From Peptococcaceae bacterium BRH_c4a (lineage in GTDB: Bacteria; Bacillota; Desulfotomaculia; Desulfotomaculales; Desulfocucumaceae), in contig LADN01000053.1 in NCBI GenBank assembly GCA_000961585.1, positions 438-64,437 on the forward strand: a stretch of 64,000 nt of DNA. Direction: 5' to 3'. Positions within the stretch are counted from its first letter, which is position 1, and the number at the start of each line of letters is the position of its first letter. Shown here piece by piece: positions 1 through 8,350 of this stretch. The position numbers were made by a program, and so were the translations under genes. The notes under the pieces were generated by a model. That model made no database searches. It was given only the letters and a program-made list of their open reading frames with translations, and had not been told where the DNA came from.

Positions 1-77
1 TTGTTTGCTGTGCCGTTTTTTCACTTCAAGGACTTTTTCCTGCTGCCGTACATGTTTTCACGCTATCACCACCTGAA

Positions 78-124
78 ACTTGGGGAACCTTATTCTTAAC
101 AGATAAGGTTCCCCAAGTTTTTTC
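78..124. terminator. Intrinsic-terminator-like hairpin between flp and whatever lies to the left
   Basis: 14-bp perfect stem CTTGGGGAACCTTA / TAAGGTTCCCCAAG (79-92 / 104-117) followed by TTTTTT on the + strand. Only TTT follows on the minus strand, so it may serve a convergent + strand gene and/or flp. Confidence 0.6.
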
Positions 125-128
125 CTGA

Positions 129-323
129 TTACTTAAGAGCGTCCGAGGCTTCTTTAATTTTATTTTTGACCCCTCCGCCCAGCAGGGAAAATCCAGCAAT
201 ACAAATTACAGCGATAAGGGCTATAATAAGGCCGTATTCCGCCATTCCCTGGCCCTGCTCATCCTGATGCACACTCTTGATTTGTTCGGTAATTCTTTTT
301 AGCACTCTTTTCACCCCCTTCAT
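129..323 (-). CDS. flp: Flp/Fap-family type IVc (Tad) prepilin
   Basis: 64-aa ORF with a charged leader, then GQG/MAEYGLIIALIAVICIAGF. This fits the Flp G-XXXXEY processing motif plus a hydrophobic helix. It is the last gene of the tad-like gene string. Confidence 0.8.
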   Translation of the reverse strand: MKGVKRVLKRITEQIKSVHQDEQGQGMAEYGLIIALIAVICIAGFSLLGGGVKNKIKEASDALK

Positions 324-379
324 GTCATAATTTTGAATAACGCATTGTCACCTGCCTTTTTTGGAGATTTTGACATACC

Positions 380-1231
380 TTAACTACCAAAAGCCGTTAA
401 CATATTCCAAAGAATCGGGAAGCCTATCATGGCGAAAAGCGGCAGAAGAATAAATACTATGATTGGGATAAGCAGCTTAATGGTCAGTTCTCCAGCAATC
501 TTTTGGGCCTCTTGTTTCCTTCTGGCGAGAATCTTCTCAGCGTGGTGTTTTACCACCGGCTCCAAGGGACTTCCATACCTCATTGCCTGCTGTATTTTAT
601 TAACCAGCCCGGTAAGTTCCGGTATCCCGCAGCGAAGTGACATTTTATTCAACGCCGCCGCCCTGTTATCCCCGGTGGCCATATCTGTGAGCACCCGGTT
701 GATTTCTTTGGACAGCCCCCCCGGCATGGTTCTGGCCACCACCTCCAGGGCCATGATCAGGTCAGCCCCCTTTAAGGCATTGCCCAAAAGCATACAGAAA
801 TCAGGTATGTCCTTTTTTATCGATCCGATCCTGGCCCTGACCATTTTGTTTAACCATATCCCCGGAGCCAGGTACAACAATAGAGCCGACAGAACACCCC
901 AGTAAAAATCAATCCATCCCGACAGCGCCGGCGCTATGAAAATGGCCAGCCCTATAACTGGTAAAGCAAACCGCAATCCGGCAAAATATTCGGGCTGCAT
1001 GTTTAAATCGGCCTGTATTAATTTTTTTTGCAGTACCGTAAGGGAAACATCATTGCCCAGTTTCCTGCCGGTTTTATGCAGCAGTTCATCGGCGCTCCCT
1101 TTTAGTTCGACCCCTCCGGGGAGCTTTAACCTGTTTCCCGCCACCGCCACCAGGATCGATAAGGCCATCAGTGTTCCGGCCAGCACGGCCACGTCGGCTT
1201 CTTTTATCCGTTCAGCCAGGTATCCCAGCAA
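380..1231 (-). CDS. tadC: TadC-like pilus platform protein (type II secretion system F family)
   Basis: 283-aa polytopic membrane protein whose cytoplasmic helical domain resembles GspF/TadC. It pairs with a paralogous upstream gene, 3 nt from the tadB-like stop. Confidence 0.7.
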   Translation of the reverse strand: MLGYLAERIKEADVAVLAGTLMALSILVAVAGNRLKLPGGVELKGSADELLHKTGRKLGNDVSLTVLQKKLIQADLNMQPEYFAGLRFALPVIGLAIFIAPALSGWIDFYWGVLSALLLYLAPGIWLNKMVRARIGSIKKDIPDFCMLLGNALKGADLIMALEVVARTMPGGLSKEINRVLTDMATGDNRAAALNKMSLRCGIPELTGLVNKIQQAMRYGSPLEPVVKHHAEKILARRKQEAQKIAGELTIKLLIPIIVFILLPLFAMIGFPILWNMLTAFGS

Positions 1232-1234
1232 AAA

Positions 1235-2065
1235 CTACACCCCCTGTCCCAGGGAATTTTTTATGATCTTTCTGGTAAATACATTTCCAAGGATAATCCA
1301 GACGGAGGACATAAAAAATACGAAGCTGCCTTCTGCCGTATGGAAAATAGGCTCCGTAAATTCCGGCGACATTGCCCTGGCAAGACCGATGAAAAGAAAG
1401 GGAAGTCCCGTTAGCAGCCTCATGGTCATCATGTTCTGGGACACGGCGGCTGAAACAATACTGCGAAAACTTTCTTTATCTTCATAGGCTTCCATGGAGT
1501 GGCGGCATATCTCCGCCAGGTCGCAGCCCACCCGGTTGTAAAGCCCTATGGCTATGGAAAGGGCTTTTAAATCCTCCCAGCCGGTTTCCTTTCTCACGCT
1601 CTCTATGGCCTGGGCCAGGGTATCTCCTGTCCTGGTTCTGCGAATCACCTCGTAAAAAACATCCCTGGCCGGCCGGGGCATGTTGGGCACGGCGTCCTCC
1701 AGGGCCTGATAGGGGTTCATCCCCCCGTACATGGCGCTTTCCAGCTGGCCCAGCACGTCTACGAACTGGCTGCTTAAAAGCTCCTTGCGATCCTCCTCCT
1801 GCTTGTTTTTCCACCACTTTAAAACAAAGGTGCCGGAGCATAGGCCCGGCACCGCAAAATACCACGTCCCGGTAATGGCATAGGCTATACCGCCAAGCCC
1901 TACCCCCCCGGCCAGTGTGATGATCAGGTCCTGGGAGGACTTTCCCGGCCCTTTCCGGGTATCGAATTTTTCATCACTGAGCCTTACCGACCGGGCTTTA
2001 AGCCTTATCTTACTCCCGGTTACCGCCCAAAAAACCGCCACTGCCATTAAAAAAGCCGCCAACAT
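1235..2065 (-). CDS. tadB: TadB-like pilus platform protein (type II secretion system F family)
   Basis: 276-aa protein with an N-terminal TM, a soluble helical domain and C-terminal TMs. It lies immediately (2 nt) downstream of the CpaF-type ATPase gene. Confidence 0.7.
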   Translation of the reverse strand: MLAAFLMAVAVFWAVTGSKIRLKARSVRLSDEKFDTRKGPGKSSQDLIITLAGGVGLGGIAYAITGTWYFAVPGLCSGTFVLKWWKNKQEEDRKELLSSQFVDVLGQLESAMYGGMNPYQALEDAVPNMPRPARDVFYEVIRRTRTGDTLAQAIESVRKETGWEDLKALSIAIGLYNRVGCDLAEICRHSMEAYEDKESFRSIVSAAVSQNMMTMRLLTGLPFLFIGLARAMSPEFTEPIFHTAEGSFVFFMSSVWIILGNVFTRKIIKNSLGQGV

Positions 2066-2067
2066 TA

Positions 2068-3435
2068 CTATACCGACTTATTCCACCCCCCTTCGTCGGT
2101 CATGGCCTCCCGTCGATGAAATTCCTCAGCCACCCATTCAAAGGAGTCTTCTTTGGGGTTGTACTGCCACAGTACGTTTAGTTTTAGATTAAGCACCCCT
2201 CCGTCCAACCTTTCGGCGCCTATTACCTCGCATATATGGTCCATCCTGCGCCTGCCTGTCCTGTCTTTTAAAACATGAATAAAAATGTCCACGGCGTCTG
2301 CCACCTGCTCCACTATGCCGTCGTAGGGCATATCCATTTTGGCCATCTGAACCATGTTTACCAAACGCTTGGTACAGTGCCTGGAAGAGTTGGCGTGGCC
2401 GGTGGTCATGGACCCCTTGTGGCCGGTATTCATGGCCTGCAGCATGTCAAAGGTCTCACCGGCCCTGCACTCTCCCAGGATTACCCTTTTGGGAGCCATT
2501 CTAAGGGCGTCCACCACCAGATCCCTCTGGGTTATCTCTATTTTTGTGTCTGCGGTGGCCGGCCTGGCCTCCAGGCTTCTGACATTTGAATGCTGGAGCT
2601 GCAGCTCGGCCGGATCCTCAATGGTGACAATGCTCTCCTCCTCCGGAATGAAGGAGGCCAGGCAGTTTAAAAAGGTGGTTTTTCCGGAGCTTGTGCCCCC
2701 GCTGATGACTATGTTTTGTTTTGATAAAACAGCGGCTTTTAAAAAATCCATTACCTCCGGGGAAATGACATTACGGTTAATCAGGTTTTCGGGTGTCATG
2801 TCTTTACGGAACCGGCGTATGGTAAACATTGTGCCGTGCACGGCCACCGGAGGTATGTGGGCAATCATCCTGGAACCGTCGATGAGCCGGGCGTTTACCT
2901 TGGGGTTGGCCATGTCTATCTTCCTGCCGGTGGGAGCCAGCATCCTTTCCAGCACGTCCCGGATATGTTCCTCGTCTCGGAATCTCACACCCTCGGCAAC
3001 ACGTTCCACCCCCTTTTTTTCCACCCTCACAATGTCTTTGCCGGCCTTTATTTCAGTGACTTCCGGGTCATAAAAAAAGGGCTCGATGGGCCCGTACCCC
3101 AGCAGATCGTTGCCCAGTTCCTCCACCAGCACCTTCGATTGCACCTCGCCCAGGGGAATGTCCTTTTCCAGCAGGCCCCTCAAAACTATTGACTTCAGCT
3201 TTGACCGCACTATGGGATCCCGGCTTTTTGTCCTCTCCTCGGGCTTCAATATATTGCTCAGGGTGGTCTGGACATAGCCCCGGATCGCCCTGTACTTCTC
3301 TTCGGTAAGCCCCGGTATTCTCTCGCTGATTAAAAGCGAATACCCCTCCGCCTTTTCAATCTCTGCTGTATCCTCTATGACGTATTCCCCGCACCTTTGA
3401 GCCAGGTTTTTAATTAATTCAAGGTCCATAATCAA
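2068..3435 (-). CDS. cpaF: CpaF/TadA-family pilus secretion ATPase
   Basis: 455 aa. Walker A ISGGTSSGKTTFLN, Asp box/Walker B IVTIEDPAELQ, His box MNTGHKGSMTTGHAN. This layout is typical of the VirB11/CpaF subfamily. Confidence 0.9.
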   Translation of the reverse strand: MIMDLELIKNLAQRCGEYVIEDTAEIEKAEGYSLLISERIPGLTEEKYRAIRGYVQTTLSNILKPEERTKSRDPIVRSKLKSIVLRGLLEKDIPLGEVQSKVLVEELGNDLLGYGPIEPFFYDPEVTEIKAGKDIVRVEKKGVERVAEGVRFRDEEHIRDVLERMLAPTGRKIDMANPKVNARLIDGSRMIAHIPPVAVHGTMFTIRRFRKDMTPENLINRNVISPEVMDFLKAAVLSKQNIVISGGTSSGKTTFLNCLASFIPEEESIVTIEDPAELQLQHSNVRSLEARPATADTKIEITQRDLVVDALRMAPKRVILGECRAGETFDMLQAMNTGHKGSMTTGHANSSRHCTKRLVNMVQMAKMDMPYDGIVEQVADAVDIFIHVLKDRTGRRRMDHICEVIGAERLDGGVLNLKLNVLWQYNPKEDSFEWVAEEFHRREAMTDEGGWNKSV

Positions 3436-4317
3436 TCACACCGCCCTTTCCCGAACCGGCAGCCTTCCGGCCAGCACCTGCAGCGCCCTGGTAAAGTCAT
3501 CCCTCTCACGGCTGTGGACCATCATCTGGCGCCGGTTGTTTTCTTCGGCCACAGCCACGGAATAGGGCATAACACCTAAAATATTCAGTCCCAGGCCGCT
3601 CTCCAATTCCCCGGCCCTTATTCCTCCGGGTATCCCGGCCTGGTTTAATACCGCGTATACTCTGTCCTGGCAGCCCAGCCTGGCCATGAAACAATTATTC
3701 TCATTGAGAAGGTCCAGACTTGCCCTGTCCGGCTTGAAAACAGTAAGGATCAAATCAGAAACAAGGGCAGCCGCCCATGTGTTGTTGCCTGTGCCGGCCG
3801 GCGGGCAGTCCAGTATTATATAATCATATGTTTCTTTGAGAAGTGTCAGCATTTTAAAAACCAGAGTTGGAGTAACCTTCTCCTCGTGGTCGTAGTGTAT
3901 AACCCCGGGCGCCACCATGATCCCCGATGAGTGGTTGTATAACCCCCTGATAATGTCCCTGGGGCCGTGTATGTCTTCCCAGTCCAGAATATTTACCAGG
4001 CACTGATCAGCCGGAAGCCCCATCCTGCTCCTTATGGTTCCATACCCGTCAAGATCAATCAGAGCCACCCTTTCCGGATTTGATAGGGCCAGCAAAGCGG
4101 CCATGTTCACAGCCACCGTTGTGGCCCCGTCCCCCTTGGCGGAACTTTGTACGGTGTATATTTTACCTTGCCCGGCCAAAGCGTCAGGGCTTATCGGGAT
4201 GTTATACAGCCTGGTATTCTTTTCCTGGGGTTCTATTATCTTTGGCCCGCCCTCGCCAGCCTTCCATAATACCACTTCCTCTTGCAGCCCGGGTTTGTCT
4301 TTTTTCTTAAAAAACAC
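3436..4317 (-). CDS. tadZ: TadZ/CpaE-like ParA/MinD-fold pilus localisation protein
   Basis: 293 aa. Deviant Walker A SAKGDGATTVAVNMA keeps the signature Lys but replaces the P-loop Lys with Ala. DYIILDCPP acts as Walker B. Zero-nt spacing to cpaF. Confidence 0.7.
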   Translation of the reverse strand: MFFKKKDKPGLQEEVVLWKAGEGGPKIIEPQEKNTRLYNIPISPDALAGQGKIYTVQSSAKGDGATTVAVNMAALLALSNPERVALIDLDGYGTIRSRMGLPADQCLVNILDWEDIHGPRDIIRGLYNHSSGIMVAPGVIHYDHEEKVTPTLVFKMLTLLKETYDYIILDCPPAGTGNNTWAAALVSDLILTVFKPDRASLDLLNENNCFMARLGCQDRVYAVLNQAGIPGGIRAGELESGLGLNILGVMPYSVAVAEENNRRQMMVHSRERDDFTRALQVLAGRLPVRERAV

Positions 4318-4319
4318 TG

Positions 4320-4982
4320 TTACTGCCCCCCTTTTACAGGAAGGAGGGAGATGGAAAACTTCTTGCCCCGGACTATCCCCTCGGCAACCTTTTTAGCCTC
4401 TTCAGGGGTGACGGCTATTATATAGGCCCCTTTTACCGTGGCGGCCCCCAGGGAATTGTCCTTTTCGGAAGAAGCAGGCGGAACCCTAACAATGACCGCC
4501 TCTTTGGCCACACAATCCACCATGCTGGCGGCGTCTTTGCCTATCTGTACGGAAATTTCACTGAACACATTGACCCTGTCCCCCACGGCCACCCCTTTCA
4601 GCCCGTTGGCGGTCTCGGCCGGCAGGTCCATTGCCTCTCTGCCCGGGGCCACCGAATTGAGGACGGCCTTTAAGCTCCCCAGATCCGAAGCTGTATGCCC
4701 CCTTCGCATTATTTCCCCCTTGAATATGGTCCCGGAAACCACCGTTTTACCCAGTAAATCTTGCAGTGATTTTTCAGCATCTTCGGGTAAGACAGAAGCC
4801 GGGTAGTCTTTCAGGACCACATGTTCCGGCGCAATGACGGCGCCGATTGGAAGTTTGACTGCCGCAACCGCCACCTTCTCACTGGGGGTGTTTATTTTGA
4901 CATAGTGCCAGACCATCCCGCCGGCCATTGAGGCCAGTAAAACAGCTATCAAAATATGTGCTATTTTTTTTAGACTGGACAA
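4320..4982 (-). CDS. cpaB: CpaB/RcpC-like Flp pilus assembly protein (N-terminal anchor plus SAF-type domain)
   Basis: 220 aa. N-terminal TM (HILIAVLLASMAGGMVW), then a beta-rich domain (VAAVKLPIGAVIAPEHV...) as in CpaB. It sits upstream of tadZ-cpaF as in canonical tad loci. Confidence 0.65.
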   Translation of the reverse strand: MSSLKKIAHILIAVLLASMAGGMVWHYVKINTPSEKVAVAAVKLPIGAVIAPEHVVLKDYPASVLPEDAEKSLQDLLGKTVVSGTIFKGEIMRRGHTASDLGSLKAVLNSVAPGREAMDLPAETANGLKGVAVGDRVNVFSEISVQIGKDAASMVDCVAKEAVIVRVPPASSEKDNSLGAATVKGAYIIAVTPEEAKKVAEGIVRGKKFSISLLPVKGGQ

Positions 4983-4991
4983 CCAATCACC

Positions 4992-6872
4992 TCAATTCCA
5001 AATAAATTCATCATCCTTATTCTTGATCATGGCCATGATCAAGGCATCGGCCGGGTTGTTCCTGATGATCACCTTTGGCTTCAGGCCTTCGGGTATGGAT
5101 GCGGCCACCCCCCGCATATCAATGCCGGTCACCACATTTTGCTTGCCGTCCATTATGTTTTTAACCCAGTGGGATGAAATTTTCAGCTCCACCTGGTCAT
5201 TTCCAGAGACTATTGCCAGTAAAACCGAACGGCCCTGGTGGGCCGCCTTTTGCGCCAAGGAAATATCCCCGGCAAAGTCAATTACTGTATAGGCTGCCGT
5301 TCGCCTGGCCTTCTTCAAAAGATCCCACAGCTCATTGTCAATAGCGGGTGACAGGCCCTTAACCGGGTCCACCGCATATATCCTCAGATTATCTTGTACA
5401 ATGGGATAGCTGGATCCGGGAACCCGCCAGTCGGACATCATCAGCACATCATCAGGCAGATCCAGCCACAGAGCGCCGGTGCTCTGTGCGGATGCCCCTA
5501 TGTAAGCCACCTCACTCCCCTCCACCTGACCTAATATCTTTACGGCCTGGGCGGAAAGCCTCCCGGCTAGGCCAGGCCTCCATGGAGTCACCACGGCAAG
5601 GATCCCACCCGGCACTATGGCGGTGGGATCCTTTAAATACAGGGTAAAGGTACTGCTTTCTTCCTCCAGGGGAATACCCCCGGACCTGTTTATCCTGGGC
5701 CTTCCCTTGCTTTTTACGGCCTTTTCCCCGTTCTTTTCGGATACCTTCCCTGCTCTCCGCTTCATGGCCCTGCCCAGCCTACCCGCCCCCTGCAGCAAAG
5801 CATTGACGGCTTTACCGGGCTCTGTCTCCAATGAAGGGCCGGAAACCTTGTCCGGTGATAAACGGCTTGCGGTTCCCTGCATTTCCTTAATTATGGCTGT
5901 AAGAACATAGACCAGCTCATCCCCGTAAATCTGCCCTCCAACCTCACAGGTGATCATATGGCGTATCCCGGCGCACCTGGCCCGGTGAACCATAGCCCTG
6001 CCCTCGTCATCCATCTGCCCCACTATGAAAAGTACCGCCGGCACATGCCCGGAGGCCCAGGCGGCCAGCTCATCGGCCCCGGGTATCCCTCCAATGGCGC
6101 TTTGTCTCATAATAATAAAAATATCTGGTGACAGTTGACTTATTTTTTGTCTTACCTCCTCGGACTCGGCCAGAGATGCCAGGACATCCATATGATCCGA
6201 AAAATTCCCCCTGATCCATTCCTCAATCCGGACATCCCCTATGGCCAGAAGGGCTCCGGGCTTCCCCAAACAAGGCCCGGCGGCTTTTTTAGAACCACTG
6301 ATGAACTCTTCTCCCCCAAGGGATAATGTAATCTTTGAAATCAGATCCCTGCCGATGTTAATACTTTCCTTCTTTTTAATGCCTGGTTTATTACTCTGTT
6401 CTGCAGGCCCGTAATTGATTTCCCCCTGTTCGCAGTCAGGCACCTCCCCGGCGCCAAAATCTGTAAAATCCGCAATGGACATGGGTTGTTCAATCCAGTT
6501 CAGCAGAGTGTCCTGGTCAAAATGTGATGTCTGGCGAATATCATAAATTCCCAGAGAAACTATTCTTTTTATCACCTCTGGGGTATTCCTGCTGGGCAGG
6601 ATAAGTAAAATTCTGCTCTTAGGGGCTAACAGCCTTATATCCCTCAATTTAATCAGCATGGACTGCAGCCGGTTGATTACCCCGTCGTTGGTCCCCGAGG
6701 CCTGGGCCAGCCCGTTTACAATAAAGAGGTCTGGGTGCAGCGGTTTTTTCTTCAGTGTAATAACAGCGGCATCCATGGTGTACTGGCTTCCAATGACATT
6801 AAAACCGTTTTTTTCCAGAGCCGAAACCAGACTGTCATTCATTCCGGCCCCCACCACCAGGTATATTTTCAA
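4992..6872 (-). CDS. Large cytoplasmic protein with receiver-like repeats and a degenerate ParA/TadZ-like C-terminal domain (function unknown)
   Basis: 626 aa. The start overlaps the M23 gene stop by 4 nt (ATGA). Two beta-alpha-beta receiver-like segments (MKIYLVVGAG..., ALLAIGDVRIEE...IFIIMRQ). The C-terminal ILAVVTPWRPGLAGRLSAQAV...YTVIDFAGD is laid out like a ParA fold but lacks P-loop lysines. No family was confidently recognised. Confidence 0.45.
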   Translation of the reverse strand: MKIYLVVGAGMNDSLVSALEKNGFNVIGSQYTMDAAVITLKKKPLHPDLFIVNGLAQASGTNDGVINRLQSMLIKLRDIRLLAPKSRILLILPSRNTPEVIKRIVSLGIYDIRQTSHFDQDTLLNWIEQPMSIADFTDFGAGEVPDCEQGEINYGPAEQSNKPGIKKKESINIGRDLISKITLSLGGEEFISGSKKAAGPCLGKPGALLAIGDVRIEEWIRGNFSDHMDVLASLAESEEVRQKISQLSPDIFIIMRQSAIGGIPGADELAAWASGHVPAVLFIVGQMDDEGRAMVHRARCAGIRHMITCEVGGQIYGDELVYVLTAIIKEMQGTASRLSPDKVSGPSLETEPGKAVNALLQGAGRLGRAMKRRAGKVSEKNGEKAVKSKGRPRINRSGGIPLEEESSTFTLYLKDPTAIVPGGILAVVTPWRPGLAGRLSAQAVKILGQVEGSEVAYIGASAQSTGALWLDLPDDVLMMSDWRVPGSSYPIVQDNLRIYAVDPVKGLSPAIDNELWDLLKKARRTAAYTVIDFAGDISLAQKAAHQGRSVLLAIVSGNDQVELKISSHWVKNIMDGKQNVVTGIDMRGVAASIPEGLKPKVIIRNNPADALIMAMIKNKDDEFIWN

Positions 6873-8326
6873 TTAGATACAGCCTCCTCTCCGGGCAAAG
6901 AGCCAAATAAGAGCACCGGGTCATGGTATTCCGTTTCCCCCGCCCCCGACCTGATCTCGAAATGAAGATGATCACCGTCGGACAGGCCGGTGGAATCAGC
7001 TCTGGCGATCTCCTGTCCCCGCCTTACCTCCTGGCCCGGCTGCACCGAAAAAGACATCAGGTGGGCATAAAGGGTTCTGTATTTGCCGTGGTTAATAATG
7101 ACAGTCTGACCATAACCAGTTACCCAGCCGGCCAAAATCACCTCTCCGTCCCAGGCCGAAAAAACCGGCGCACCCCTTGGAAGAGCTATGTCAGCACCCT
7201 TATGAAACCTGATCCCCCCCAGTATGGGATGATCTCTCCAGCCATAACCCGAAGTAATTTCTCTGTACTGGCCGGCGGGCCACCGGAACCTTCCCAATGG
7301 GCCTGTCTTAAGTGGGCTGGCGTTCTCGGTGTCAATAATCAACTCGGCCATATTTCCGGAAATTATGCTCACATTATATTTAAATTCGTCATCATAGTTC
7401 ATTGCCAGGTGCAGTATCAGCTCCAGGTTACTTATTTTAACCAGATCCTTTTCGGCCAGCAAGTCCCTGAGCTTTTGAAAATAAGGTCCCCTGTTGCGGG
7501 AATTCATAAAAACAGGATAGACTGCCTCTTCAACCAAATCCGACTGGGGATCTTTAGAAGAATATCTCTTTTTTTCCCACTGGTAGGTTATTTTTTCGGC
7601 GTCATAGGACTTCACCTCAGAAAGCAGCCTTATATTGTGCCTGTACACAGCGGTGAATCTCTCAGGCTCTTTATTATCCCCGCTCCCCCGTTGCTCCGTC
7701 CAGGAACGGCGATAGTAAAGTTCAAAGTCCCGCCATTGCAACTCCGGCTCGAGCCTTTTAAAATGCCCCCGGGGATCAGGCTTCCTGCCTGGCTGCCCGG
7801 TTATTACCGGATCTCCCAGCACCCGGTCCACAGCCGCCAGCAGGGCCCAGCTCACACCGTGCGGCTTTACCTGGGATCTTTCGGCGGGTATACCGCTGTC
7901 CTGATCATAAAAACGGCCCCATATTTGTTTTACCGTAGACTTGCCATCAGCACCGTTACCTCCATGATATTGTACCGGCGAATTATCCAGCGTCCCCTGA
8001 TCTATAAAACTGCCCATCCATTTCCGGTCCAAATCCATATACCTTTCATATAAATCCCTGTCATCTTCCAACTTCCAGTCATCCCTCTCACCGGTGTTAA
8101 AAATAGCCACCACCCTGCCCTGCTGACTGCCGCCATTTTTTAGCGCATCCTCAACTATATATTTGGGTATCAAAAAAAGAATGCAGTAAACAAAAAAGAA
8201 CAGCAGTATTATTAACAGCACCGGAGAGAGGTAGGCAGCCAGCCAGATAACCAGTCTTTTAAGCAGCGCCAATACAAATCTTCCGGCCAATCCCCGCACC
8301 ATATTTTCAATCATGATGACGTCCAT
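6869..8326 (-). CDS. Membrane-anchored M23 (LytM-type) peptidoglycan endopeptidase
   Basis: 485 aa. N-terminal TM (VLLIILLFFFVYCILFLI). C-terminal M23 signature HKGADIA...GQTVIINHG...YAHL...GDHLHFEIR. This position is typical for the cell-wall hydrolase of Gram-positive T4SS loci. Confidence 0.8.
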   Translation of the reverse strand: MDVIMIENMVRGLAGRFVLALLKRLVIWLAAYLSPVLLIILLFFFVYCILFLIPKYIVEDALKNGGSQQGRVVAIFNTGERDDWKLEDDRDLYERYMDLDRKWMGSFIDQGTLDNSPVQYHGGNGADGKSTVKQIWGRFYDQDSGIPAERSQVKPHGVSWALLAAVDRVLGDPVITGQPGRKPDPRGHFKRLEPELQWRDFELYYRRSWTEQRGSGDNKEPERFTAVYRHNIRLLSEVKSYDAEKITYQWEKKRYSSKDPQSDLVEEAVYPVFMNSRNRGPYFQKLRDLLAEKDLVKISNLELILHLAMNYDDEFKYNVSIISGNMAELIIDTENASPLKTGPLGRFRWPAGQYREITSGYGWRDHPILGGIRFHKGADIALPRGAPVFSAWDGEVILAGWVTGYGQTVIINHGKYRTLYAHLMSFSVQPGQEVRRGQEIARADSTGLSDGDHLHFEIRSGAGETEYHDPVLLFGSLPGEEAVSN

Positions 8327-8350
8327 CCTTGATACCCTGACTTCTTATAC

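Noticed and set aside
1-76. Possible 3' end of a + strand gene (frame 2, ...CRTCFHAITT, stop at 74-76) terminated by the hairpin at 78-124.
   Set aside because: Only 25 codons are visible and nothing in them is recognisable. It cannot be distinguished from non-coding sequence without the upstream region.
6923-8053. Long antisense ORFs opposite well-supported genes. Examples are 6923-8053 (376 aa), 2354-3073, 9533-10255, 45575-46396, 47532-48236, 50863-51456, 17085-17699 and 59069-59629.
   Set aside because: Each lies fully inside a motif-bearing gene on the other strand. They lack RBSs and have skewed, low-complexity composition typical of shadow frames.
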